A stretch of 64,000 bases of DNA from Phoronis australis (Eukaryota; Animalia; Phoronida). Shown one piece after another: positions 51,805 through 62,958 of the stretch. Under the pieces are notes generated by a model. That model did no database searches. It was not told the DNA's origin and saw only the letters and a program-made list of their open reading frames with translations. Location: contig NMRA01000216.1 of assembly GCA_002633005.1 (NCBI GenBank), positions 278,241 to 342,240 of the forward strand, read 5' to 3'. Position 1 is the first letter of the stretch, and each line of letters begins with the position of its first letter. Position numbers and translations under genes: made by a program.

Positions 51805-52696
51805 GCATGACCAACAAACAGGGAGGTAATATGTAACTAGTGTAGTCACTGCTAATTATAGCTTAGAAAATTTTTAGCATTTTGGGATTGGAGGGGGTAA
51901 TTAGTCCAACTAGTGGCTTACAATTTTGCAGATGGTTGTAAGTCGTGGGTGTCATCCACACGCAATAAGCCTTTTGAAATTTGATATGCAAGGTCAGTCA
52001 GAGCAGTTCTTTGTGAACATTGGTCTTAGTGATACAACTGTCCCAGTTGGACTGTGTAACTAAACACAGCTTAGTAAAAGGTTTATGGTCCTGGCTGAGA
52101 TGATAATTGTTTTATTACCCCTTTTGAATTAGTGAATAGCTGAGCCCAGATTGAGGTGCACTTTTGTGAATATCTGTGCTTCCCTGCAGTGTGATGTAAT
52201 TATTTAGATTATCTTAGAAAAAAACGACTTCAAACGGCGAAAATTGTTTTTAAAATGTTCCACTTTTGCATGAAGGAATATCAAAAATAGGAATTTTATG
52301 GTTTTTTTAGGAAGAAAATCAAAAGTATGGTGACTGGTACGGTTGTTTAGATATGACTTGTATAAAGCTTTCTTTTTTGTTAAATTTTACTAAAAAGATA
52401 TGGTCACATGATTTACTTAAAGGCAGATTGGTATAAAATAAATAATCAAGTTCATCTTTAGACTTTCTACTTTCGAAAACTATAATATACTTTTACTGGG
52501 TTAAAATTTATAATTTTGTAGATATTTCGCTAAATACTTATACTTGTTTCCGTCTCTCTGTCTTAATTACAGCAACAAACTTATGAGACCATAAACGATC
52601 AATAATGAAATTCATTGTAATATGTGCAAGAATACATATCTTTGAAATTTTGAAATTCACACGGAGTACAATCTAGATGCGTATTATCTCATCCAG

Positions 52697-55600
52697 ATGG
52701 AAACAATTACAGCATTGGTTGTGTTACAGAACTTTCTGATGATGATCTTCGTAAAATGCCATTTATAAAGAAATGCATATTGGAAGCTATACGGGTACGG
52801 TCACCAGGTGTAATTGCTAGGAAAGTCGTCAAACCAATCAAAATACAGGTACGTACTGTGTTTTTACAGAATCTGATGCGTTTCCACTTGGTGATATCTT
52901 AATCAAGTGTATGTCTACGACCACAAACATTTTTAAGTCTGGTCTGCTGGCCACCTGTTGGCCACAGCACGTGACCTAATGACCTTTGCAGACCAGATTT
53001 AAAAATGTTACTTTGTGATCTACATTCCCATGCCGGTTCAAGATTTACATATTTACATGTCTAGGAATTATGCACTGGGTAAATATGCGCTCAGTAGTAA
53101 TTTGTGTGTTTTGGGTTTTCATCACTTCGTAGTAAGGAGCTACATATCATTTCCAAACTGGAAACTATATGAAATAACCAATGTTTCTCTCTGGTTGGGA
53201 TTACAGTAGTCACCACAGCACCTGAACTTTTATAACCCAACCTCTTTTGTTTAGGGATTAGGAAACAGAGTGGGTGTCAGTGATAACCGCTGCCTGTTCG
53301 TGGCAACATGTTCTTTCCCTGACCATTTTAGACAATGCAGACTTTAAAAACTAAATTCGTAATAGGAAATTGAACTTTTTCATTGCTTGAACATCAAAAA
53401 TCAGTAGATAAAAAGAAGAGAGATTATGCACATTTAAATTGCTGTTCCTTCATCCATATGCAGCGAAATTTGAATGAGAGAGCATGTTGATAATTGAGAA
53501 TTTCTGGAGACACGCTCACCCTTACATTAAGTCTGAAAGTGTGTTTTAGTTCTTTTCTGCATTTCTGTGGTTTTCTCTCTAATGACAAAGTGGACACAAT
53601 TTGTTTTGAAGTTTTAGCAGATGCCTGATCAGAAAACTTAGGTCAGTAATGCTTTATATATACATATACATACATACATATATATACTAAAAATTACAAA
53701 CTCAAAACACTATGCTTTCCTTGGCAAAGCAAAAACTACTTATAATATTTTGTATACAACTCACTTGTATTTAGTATGTTTTTCAGCTTTTGTTGCATGA
53801 CCGTCAGTTTACAGTGTAAACATTGTCTTGCAGTTGCCATAACTATTTCCAGGGTTACGATGTACCTGCTGGAGACATGCTTATGTTATCTCCCTATTGG
53901 GCACATAGGAACAACAAATATTTTCCTGAGCCGGAAGCATTTAAACCAGTAAGAGGCTATGACTTTTTCATCTAAAGGCAATAGATGATAATATACTTGA
54001 CAGAAATCGGATTTATTGTGTAACTACTGGAGGTGGTTGTTTGGCAGCACTGTGTTGAAATACCAAGAACTGTACAGTAGTTGTAATTCATTTGTCTTTG
54101 TGCCAACTTATCATGATTGCAAAGTTTAACAAATTTCCTGTTTATTTGTCAATGGCAACTATTTTGGATTAATTTCCGTTTTGTTCTCCTCGAAGTCATT
54201 TTTGATCAACCTTCCAAGCAAAGAATACATTTATTTTGTACATAACATGGTTTTATACCATGAAACTTTATTTTCATTTTGGAACTGACGTTATGGTGGA
54301 ATTTGATAGCGCTTGTTGACAAATTGTTAATACTGTAATATTTATTGTATGGGTATTAAATCTGCAACACTACTTTGTCATGACTATCTCTCAGGAAAGG
54401 TGGGATGCTGCTGATTTGGATAAAAATGTTTTTCTGGATGGATTTGTGGCTTTTGGTGGTGGAAGATACCAGTGTCCTGGCAGGTGAGAGTGTTTATGCG
54501 TATTTTGATATCCATTGTTTTGTGTCAATTCAATGCAGCTTCATTACCACTTGATGATTGATTCATTTTAGGAAAATAGTAACAAGGCGATTTTCTTCAG
54601 CGCATAACTTTTTTCAAACAAGAACAAACATACAAAATAATAAAAGTGCGGTATTGCTGACTCTAGGTTGTTCCTAGATAGCATCAAGTTTTCACTTGAA
54701 TGTTTCTTTTTTCAATTAATGGACTGATATTGGCTAGTAGTCATAATACACACTAGAAGGGAGTTTTTAAGTTGTTGCATTATGCAGAAATTTCTTTCTG
54801 AAAACAATATACATTACATATCATCTGTCAGACTGGCTTAAAATGGGTGCACCCAGGGGGGGGGGGCTGGAGGAGCCCCCCAATTTGGCGATTTGGGCAA
54901 AAAGGTCCACTTCAGTGAAACAAAAAGTCTGAGCAAACGAGACAAAAGTCCACAAAAATTCACGGGAAGTCGACGCAGTTGCACAAACTGTGAGCCTGAA
55001 CCTAATGGCCCCATTTTTTTTAGTCCTTGCTGATTTCTTTCAGTGAAAGGTGTGCATACCAAGAAATTCGAGCCCCCCTGTATTTTAGGCTGGTTGCGCG
55101 CATGCTTAATAAGAAATGGATTGAAGCTTTATTCAGTGCAATTTTAGATTGTATGATTATTCGGTTTAAGACTGTACTTAGAACTTTTGGGCAGAAATTA
55201 TAAAAGCTTTCAAATGACACCAGAACTTCCACTTGGAGAAAAATGACTTGCATATAAAATGAATCATTGTCTCTCATTGATAGGTGGTTTGCTTTAATGG
55301 AGATTCACATGGTCATCACGCTGTTGTTCAGCAAGTTTAACATGAAGCTGGTCTCTGACGTTCCACCTCCCGTAAGTAAAATAGTTCTTGGAATATCCCT
55401 TGCTCTCATTTTCCTAATTGAACCCTGAATCATAATGTAACTGTCTTCTTTACTTAATAATTAAGGTGACATTTAACTCAATCACCGTTTATTTGTTAAT
55501 GCAAAGAGCTCATTTTAAGTTAAATTTTCATGTTCATATTATCCAGAACAGTTTGACAAATATCTAGAATTCTTTACGCAGTTCATTTCTCCAACATTGT

Positions 55601-56149
55601 ATTAAATACATGTTTTGCATTTTTTTGTCAATATTTGAGTTAGGTATTGGTGTACAGTTTATAATAATTTGTAAGCGTTTGTTGTTTTCAAATACAATGA
55701 AACTTGCATAAATTGAAAGTGCACAAGTTGGATTTTCACTAAACTAGGACAAAAATCCATGGAACTCTTCTAGGTCGTGCACTTAACCATCAGATAAGTC
55801 TGATTTTGGCTTATTCTGTGTCCAATTAGATCCAACTTACACGAGTTTACAGTATATGAAACTAAGATATGCGGTAATTGTCGCTTGCGGGAGTCTTGCA
55901 TTTTGAGAACTAGTTTTCTCCAATGAATAACGGGCACCAATTTACAGGTTCTCAAAATGCGGGACCCATTAAGTGTTGAGAACAAATTTTCTCCTCTGAA
56001 TGACAGGCATCAAACTTTTTCTCAAACTGCAAGACCCAGTAACTGTTGTCAAGTACACTGTGCCATCATTTGTATTCCAGAGTCCTTTGCATGTTGTTGG
56101 TGTCCAACAACCAACGGGGCCTTGCTACATTCACATGGAGTGTCAGTAA
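52697..56149 (+). CDS. CYP39A1: Cytochrome P450, CYP39A1-like (oxysterol 7-alpha-hydroxylase family), 3' exons only
   Basis: Exons 52697 (or 52730)-52848 (KCILEAIRVRSPGVIARKVVKP; ExxR motif), 53853-53948 (GDMLMLSPYWAHRN...FKP), 54395-54483 (ERW...AFGGGRYQCPG; heme Cys), 55284-55371 (WFALMEI), 56081-56149 (SPLHVVGVQQP...*). PGVIxRKVVKP, GDxLMLSPxW and QCPxRWFAL recall CYP39A1. 51805-51825 may be the tail of the preceding exon. Confidence 0.87.
54842..55104. mobile_element. GC-rich MITE with an apparent 5-bp target duplication (CTTAA)
   Basis: cttaa|aatgggtgcacccag...ctggttgcgcgcatg|cttaa, with subterminal G-run and gagccccc motifs. Confidence 0.65.
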
Positions 56150-58100
56150 CAGTGATAGAATGCCAGCCATGCCAGTATCAACCAACTGAACTAACATCAT
56201 TGTTGATGTCACAAAAATGGCAACAACCAACTTCATACAATAATTTTATTTACAATGAAAAATTGTAAAGTATAATAAAAAATCAAAACCACCTTGTAAA
56301 TAAAAAGTTTTTAAAGTTTGATAAGAAAAGTATTTGCTACCTGACATTAAATTTGTATATTTAACTTATTTAAAATAAATTGTTTAATTACTAATCACTA
56401 TTTTTTCTTTTAATAACTACCAATTACAAACCATAATTAACAGGAAAATAAAAAAATAAAATACATTTACTCCTGAAAATTCTTTACAACATACCACACA
56501 GAAGCAACTACTATGCCATTTGTGGCATATTCTGTTAGCAAGTGCTACTCAAGTGAAGTGAAAGTCAAAATAATATTTTGAGGGTAGCTCTAGCCAGAAA
56601 AAGAACATAACCCGCCTGCTACCTGTTTATGCCTGAACGTCAAAATACACTTCATAATAGCTCTGAGTAATAAATTGCAACTGAGCAAAGCTAACCAAAT
56701 GTTTCATGAACAAAATAATGTATATCAAAAACAACACAGATCATCAAATCACAATTGTCTTTCTTCAACTAAATCACTCATCTGAAAACTGCTACCGTAT
56801 AACTTAATCATATCGTAACAGTAAACTGACAGTACTCCACCTATTCAAGAAAAAGAGTTACATTTTTAATTCCATAACTTTTTGTCACTCGCATTGATTC
56901 AGCATTGTCCTCTTGTACATACAAAGCTTTCTTGCAAAGCTACACTCACTGGAACACTTCTAGAAATGTCAAGTATGTTCATCCTATTAAAACTTGAAAA
57001 ACGCGTACCACGCTGCGAATTGTTAATACGTTAAAGCTACTTCAAACCTTCCTTAGTCTAAATAAAGACTTACTTTTGGTTTAATCCCCTTAATGTTGAT
57101 CACATTAGAAGCAATTTGTGTACTTTGGAAGAATTGATGAGTACAAAGTTGCTCAAGGCCATGCTCAATGCAGACAGTACCCTGCCATGTCGAGCCATCT
57201 TATCTATCAGTCTTGAGCAATAACAAACTGTTGGGCCTTTCCACGCCCTGACATTGTTTCTACTCGCAGTAAGGTACAATTCGAGTTTTATAAATCTGAA
57301 GTGATCTAAATTAAAAAGTTATTTTTGACAGAAGGTGGGTTTATAACATCTTTAACCCATAAACGCAATATTTTCTACCCTGTAAACTATATAAGCACGT
57401 ATCTTAGCTAACAACACAATGTTTCCAACATCCATCATAAATACTACTAGGTACACAAAATGATCTACCACACCTTCATTATAATTCTACAAGCCCTCAA
57501 GAGTTGAAACTGTAAAATCAATCACGATTATAATGTACATGGAAATTTTTTTTTACAAACTACCTTGCCTAACTCAATTCACAATTTTCTCAGTAATAGT
57601 TGCCCTTTCATCAGTCCTAATAACAAGTCATAACATGTCCCGGTTGGGGGCAGAAATCTTTTCACACTTATATTCATTAGATCACGTGATGTGGCCAACA
57701 GATGGCATGATGACAAGACTTAAAATGTTTGCAACATATTTTCAATGCCATATTGAATTTGACATACAAATACACATGTCATTTGTTTACAAAAGATGGC
57801 ACTCAAAAACCAAGTCAAGTCATTATGTTGCAGATAATATACAGCAGCAACACCTTGTGTTTATGAATGGCATTACTATTTTAACTGAGGAAATCAAACT
57901 TATCACTTCAGCCGCAACTGCAAGCCACATTCACAAATTAAAACTTGGCACTAAAAATCGATGGCATGGTTCTTGGTACATCTGGTTAATTTACATAATA
58001 GCCGTCACATATAGCTGTTGCTTACAGTATGGCCTCAAAAGTGACAAGTTAAGCAAAGTAGCTTCAACTTGCATTATTCTTTGAAAGAGGTCTACACAAT

Positions 58101-58241
58101 GGCTGCACTTGACTGACTTTACCAGTTCCACCAGGTCAACCAGCTAAGACATATCTGATTGGTTTGTAAGCCGGAAGTCGTCATCAAGAACCAATCAGAT
58201 CAATCATAGATGATGACCTGCGAAGTCAATCAAGTGCAGCC
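58101..58241. mobile_element. Small MITE (Harbinger-like GG ends)
   Basis: TIRs ggctgcacttgactgactt ... aagtcaatcaagtgcagcc. Confidence 0.8.
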
Positions 58242-58331
58242 TATATTTCTCCTACCCTGTCACAATACTGACCAGTCACTGCATATATTGAGCCATCAGG
58301 TGTCAATAACACACAACAATCTTACAAAACA

Positions 58332-61300
58332 CTATGCATACAGTACACTTCCTGAGCGCTGAAAGTCACTGGATGCATCAAGAAGCTCGTTTCTGTAATC
58401 CAGTAGTTCCTGCCAGTTGGTTTGATTGTTGACAAGTTCATTATTTTTATGAGCTTCGTAGTGGAAATCTGGAGTCTTCAACTCGTACCTGTAAATGAAG
58501 AGTTTTGCAAGTCCTGACGCAAATTGTAACAAGATAATGGGTACACTTGACTGACTGTCGGTTCCGCCAGGTTAACCACTGTAAGACACCTGATTGGATG
58601 ACAGGCTACTTGACCCAGTAAAGTCAATCAAGTGCACCCAATGTGGGCAAACCCTGTGAAACGTGCATTGTCATTGATGGTGTGAAAAAATATACACGAA
58701 AAAACAACTGAAACTCAGAGGGAAATGGAGGGAGGGGAAGAGAGAGAGATGTTTATTCACAAAAAAAATAATGTACAAAAACGTAATAAACAAAATTATA
58801 GTTTGGGTTGTTCTAAGAGACACCTGGAAGGTACTGAACCCATTAACATCAGAGGCTACCAAAACGATTTAAAATTAAAACAGTTGATACCAGGGATCGT
58901 TCATTATCATTAATATTTTTAAATGTAAAATGTATCATGTACATGGGAAGTATATTTGAAAGCAAGAGGCAGGTTTAATAGTAAGTCAATGAAAGTTGAG
59001 TGAGTTGTTATTATAGATGTTTCAATTTAAGATTAAGAAATAACTTAAAATTGAAAAGTACAAGGAATGGAAGTCAAAAAAATTTAAGACGTGCACCTGT
59101 ATCCATCCACGAAATACTTGGAGAAAATAAAAATAAGTTAGCTCAAGTACAGTCACCCGGTTAAATATACAGATATAATGTTAGTTTAGTTGCACATCGA
59201 CAATCCACCACCAGCTTACCATTTTGGTTTAGGTCCACGTATTCTCTCCAGCTCTTCTTGTCGTTTTACTTCCAACAATTGCTGCTCTTCTAGCCGAAGC
59301 CTCTCCATCCTCAGTCTTGCCAGTTCCAGTTGGTAAGGGCTGTGGGTGCTCACGGTAGAGGCAGCTGACACGGAAGATGATGTATGTATTAACAAGCATG
59401 TTCCATATTGCATACATTGCTGATCAACTTCAAAGCAGGATTTGCACACCGCGTTATCTATGGTGCGTCACACACACAGCATTATAGACTCATGTATTAT
59501 TACACTACGCTAAGATTATCTAGACAGGGTATGAGGTTTCTCCTAAGATGAATATATAAAAGGACTTGCAGTAACTTTCTTATTTTATAAAATCCTGCTA
59601 AAAATGTCGAAAATGAAAGACGTTGCAACTACACGGTTTTGCGTTATTTTCTCCACAAATTGCTAGCAATATGCAAATGTAAGCTGGGCTCAAAGTTTAA
59701 TCTGCAAACTTGAACTTTAAGTTTTGAGAGTTTGTGTTCTAATTTGGTATTGAACTGAGGTGTTATGTAAATGAGTAAGTAATCTAAGTTTGCACTTGAT
59801 GACCTTAATGTTAAAACTTCAAATAATTTCAAACTTGAATTCGAAAGCTCAAGTCTGAACGTGAATTTGTAGTTTAAATCCAGTATCACTGAGTTAGGTG
59901 GCAATTTTCTACAGATAATGATTCACCATGGCCACCACTCATTAAGTCCCATTGCTATAACTACCTTATGAGCCCAGAGGGACACTTTTGGAGGCCATAA
60001 GTCTATTTAAATCGTTTGGATCAACTCTTGCAGTCAAGATTTTTCCAAAATTTCTTCACAGGCAACAAAATTGAAGACTGACCTCCACTACAGTCAGTGT
60101 GCACGGGGTCAATTGCAAACCTGTCTATCATCAAGTGTCAATATGGATTATACCGTTTCATGTATTGAAATCATATTGTATTCTAGAACAAAATGATAGA
60201 TCTTGAGTACATACTAAAACAGAAAATGTTAAGACAAAGTTGGAGTCCAATTCCAAGTTCATATTCCTAATTCATAACAAAATCTAATTCTTGTGTTGGC
60301 AGATGTTGAGCTCAAAATTGGTACAATGGAAAAACAGCTTATGTTTTTAGAGAAAAGCATTTCCTGTAACTACCTATATGTGGTGCTTCAGTAGCCATCA
60401 GGTACATCCCTCTGGTGGGAGATTCGCTTCTCCTCACAGGACTGATGGACCTTGCTCTCAATCCACCCTTTCTTGACCTTGAGCGTGACCGGGACCTTGA
60501 GCGATGTCCAAGTTTACCATCGACTCTCCACTTGGGCGGAGGAGGCTTTTTTAAATGATCTGGTTTTGGAGTTATAGTCCGTTTGGGAGTTTTTATCGTG
60601 TCCATTATATACCGAGCACTGAAGGTTGTTGGGAAAAATTCTTTCGCCAAAGGATCGTCAGTCGACATAGGATACCGCTCGATACAACTTGGTGTCCTTC
60701 TGTCAGCAATTTCAAGCATAACATTTGTGTCGGCAAGTTTTGCACCCTGGGCTCCAACAAGACGGGTGACAGGTGAAGTGGCTCTCGGCGCAAGGCCCGC
60801 GTCAAACTTCGCAGGGTTGTATTCACTGGTCACCAAGTGTTTCGGCTGAGTGTACCATTGTGACTCCTCTGGTGTTTTAGCACGGCCACTGACCGCTGGT
60901 TCAATCACCTGTGAATCATCATGATCAATCAGCTTCATCAACTCTTCATCAGTTTCATCATCATCGTACACACTATCTTCATCATCACTGTAATGTCGAG
61001 TCTTCCTCCTGCTGTTAAAGCTGACACTTTTCTTAAGTGAGCTGTTGCTACGATCCAAGTCCTGCAAGCTTAAAGACAAGTCTGAATTGCTCCGGTTGAA
61101 GCTTCCTCGAAGATGTTTTCCATCGAGAGGTGGATCGTACTTCGTGATACTCGATTTTGTGTTGAGGTTCCGAGTCGTGGTAGTCAGCTGAGAGTTAGTC
61201 AAGTAACCCGGCTTCTCCCTACAAAGCAGAAACAAAATAGTATGGTCATGCATGCCAGCCAAATTAAATGAAGAGAACAGGGTAAATTGGGATGGGTCCT

Positions 61301-62552
61301 AGAATCACATCTCAAATTTAACTGTTCTCATTGGCTGAGGTAGAAAAGTCCATGATTGGTCTATTTTTCAAAAGGTTAGGATACTTAACGTTTCTGAACC
61401 CAAGACAAACAAGAAACAAAGACATTTTGACATCATACATGCATGTCAACTGGTATGTTTTTTACAGATTTGCTTGTCTGATCTTTTTGCAGTATACATA
61501 GCACTAATAAAACAGTAGAGTATGCTTTTCCCCAAAGCGCTACATTTTTTACACATACAAATCCGTGTCAAGATCACCTAGTTGGATAAGTTGTCTGCAT
61601 GGCTATTCCAAAATTTGTGGGAGGAGAATGCAAATTTTAGTTGGCCAGTGCTTTGCTTAACAAACATTCTATCATAAAAGTAAAAAAAGAGTTTATTAAT
61701 TGTTTAGCATTCACTGTGTAAGAACTTTGCTATAGCATATGGCGAAGATCAAACCAGTAAAACAGTGATCATCAGGGCCTAAGTGAACATCTGGCCAACA
61801 ATTGCTCTAATGATGCACAGAATTGTGGGTGATAACTGCATTATTGGAGAAAGATGCTGTGGTATTTTGGGATGTGGCTATTGGCAGACTGCATAAGAGA
61901 TTCAGATACTTACAGTACTAATTATAAACGACAGTTAATGTTGTTTCACTACAAACCGTATGACGTGTTAAATAGAAATTACACCTATTACGAGTATTAC
62001 GTGCTTCCTAAAACAATAATGTTTCCAATTCTCATTGAACTTCAAAACAAGTGCGAAAACTTCCTTCCTATCAAAGTTTGATCAATCGCCATCGGGCCTT
62101 TAGTTTTTTAGCAAGTTATCAGCTGTTGTCTGATCACTCTGATGTGGAGTCCGGCTAGCCAGACAGAGACTGGAGTCAGAGTTTACCTCTACTACTAGGC
62201 TTTAGTCTTTAAGTCTCAGACACTCACTGTCACTGTCTAACTCACTCAGCACTGAGACTGACCACTGCCACTGGCACTGACACTGTCTGGCACTGCCACT
62301 GGCAGCGTGGGATGTAATAGGCAATTACATCGCCCTGGATGCCGCAGGCACCTAACCGGCCAACCGAGGGCTACGTGTTGCCTACGACAGCTACGTGGGG
62401 TGCAGGTGCGTGCCCGCGTTACCCAGAAACCTCATCTCGAGCAGAGATGTTTATCCAAAAGAAAGAACCACAGAAATAACAAAAGAGTGAAAGTACCACA
62501 AAGGCGGTTTTCGGCCTCCAAGAACAAAATCGTTGTCCACGTAACGACTCAT
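58332..62552 (-). CDS. Uncharacterised protein of ~400 aa, 4 exons: disordered Ser-rich, acidic and RS-rich body with a C-terminal charged coiled coil
   Basis: Exons 62552-62497 (MSRYVDNDFVLGGRKPPL), 61218-60374 (bulk of the 307-aa ORF), 59364-59220 (SPYQLELARLRMERLRLEEQQLLEVKRQEELERIRGPKPK), 58488-58332 (YELKTPDFHYEAHKNNE...*). Intron phases 2/1/2 join without stops. The first exon is the least certain. Confidence 0.82.
58539..58639. mobile_element. Second copy of the same MITE, with a 3-bp AAT duplication
   Basis: aat|gggtacacttgactgact...agtcaatcaagtgcaccc|aat. The internal gttccRccaggtYaacca and ctgattgg are shared with 58101-58241. Confidence 0.8.
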
Positions 62553-62880
62553 CTTCACCACCAAAACACACACGTCTCCTGTTTGAAAATCAACTTCGCT
62601 TCATTGGAAACGAGGTCAGAAGATTTGAAGGCTTGCAAGCAGAAAAAAAATATCAACAAAAGCACCACAGAATATATTTTAAAAGTTAAATCGGAACAAA
62701 TATTTTCCAATTCGGTTAATCTCATATTTTTAAGTTTTATTTCTATTTGCTTGAAATATTTTATTTTGTTTCACGAATAACGCATTTTGTTCCTTGTTCT
62801 GATAAAACCCTTCAAGTTCTCGAAAATTCGAGGTACAAAAGTGTAACGCATTGCGAGGTCGGAAGTCGAGAGTGCAAATT
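62553..62880. promoter_or_regulatory. Putative bidirectional promoter between the uncharacterised gene and NUDC
   Basis: The divergent ATGs are only 328 bp apart. The region is locally CpG-enriched and has an ETS-like CGGAAGT at ~62860. Confidence 0.65.
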
Positions 62881-62958
62881 ATGTCGGCGGCCGATCCAGA
62901 AAGATTCGACGGCATGTTACTTGCCATGGCGCAGCAGTGTGAGGGAGGAGTTCAAGAG
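62881..62958 (+). CDS. NUDC: Nuclear migration protein NudC, first coding exon (rest beyond window)
   Basis: MSAADPERFDGMLLAMAQQCEGGVQE followed by a GT donor at 62959; matches the recalled NudC N-terminus ERFDGMLLAMAQQHEGGVQE. Confidence 0.93.

Noticed and set aside
51804-51825. OSCP1-CYP fusion or extremely compact bidirectional promoter
   Set aside because: The genes are on opposite strands and the junction is an N; missing sequence is the simpler explanation.
57533-58084. 183-aa plus-strand ORF
   Set aside because: No recognisable motifs; it is antisense to the probable 3' UTR of the minus-strand gene.
62307-62780. 157-aa plus-strand ORF
   Set aside because: Non-ATG start, overlaps the antisense first exon and promoter, and has no domain-like features.
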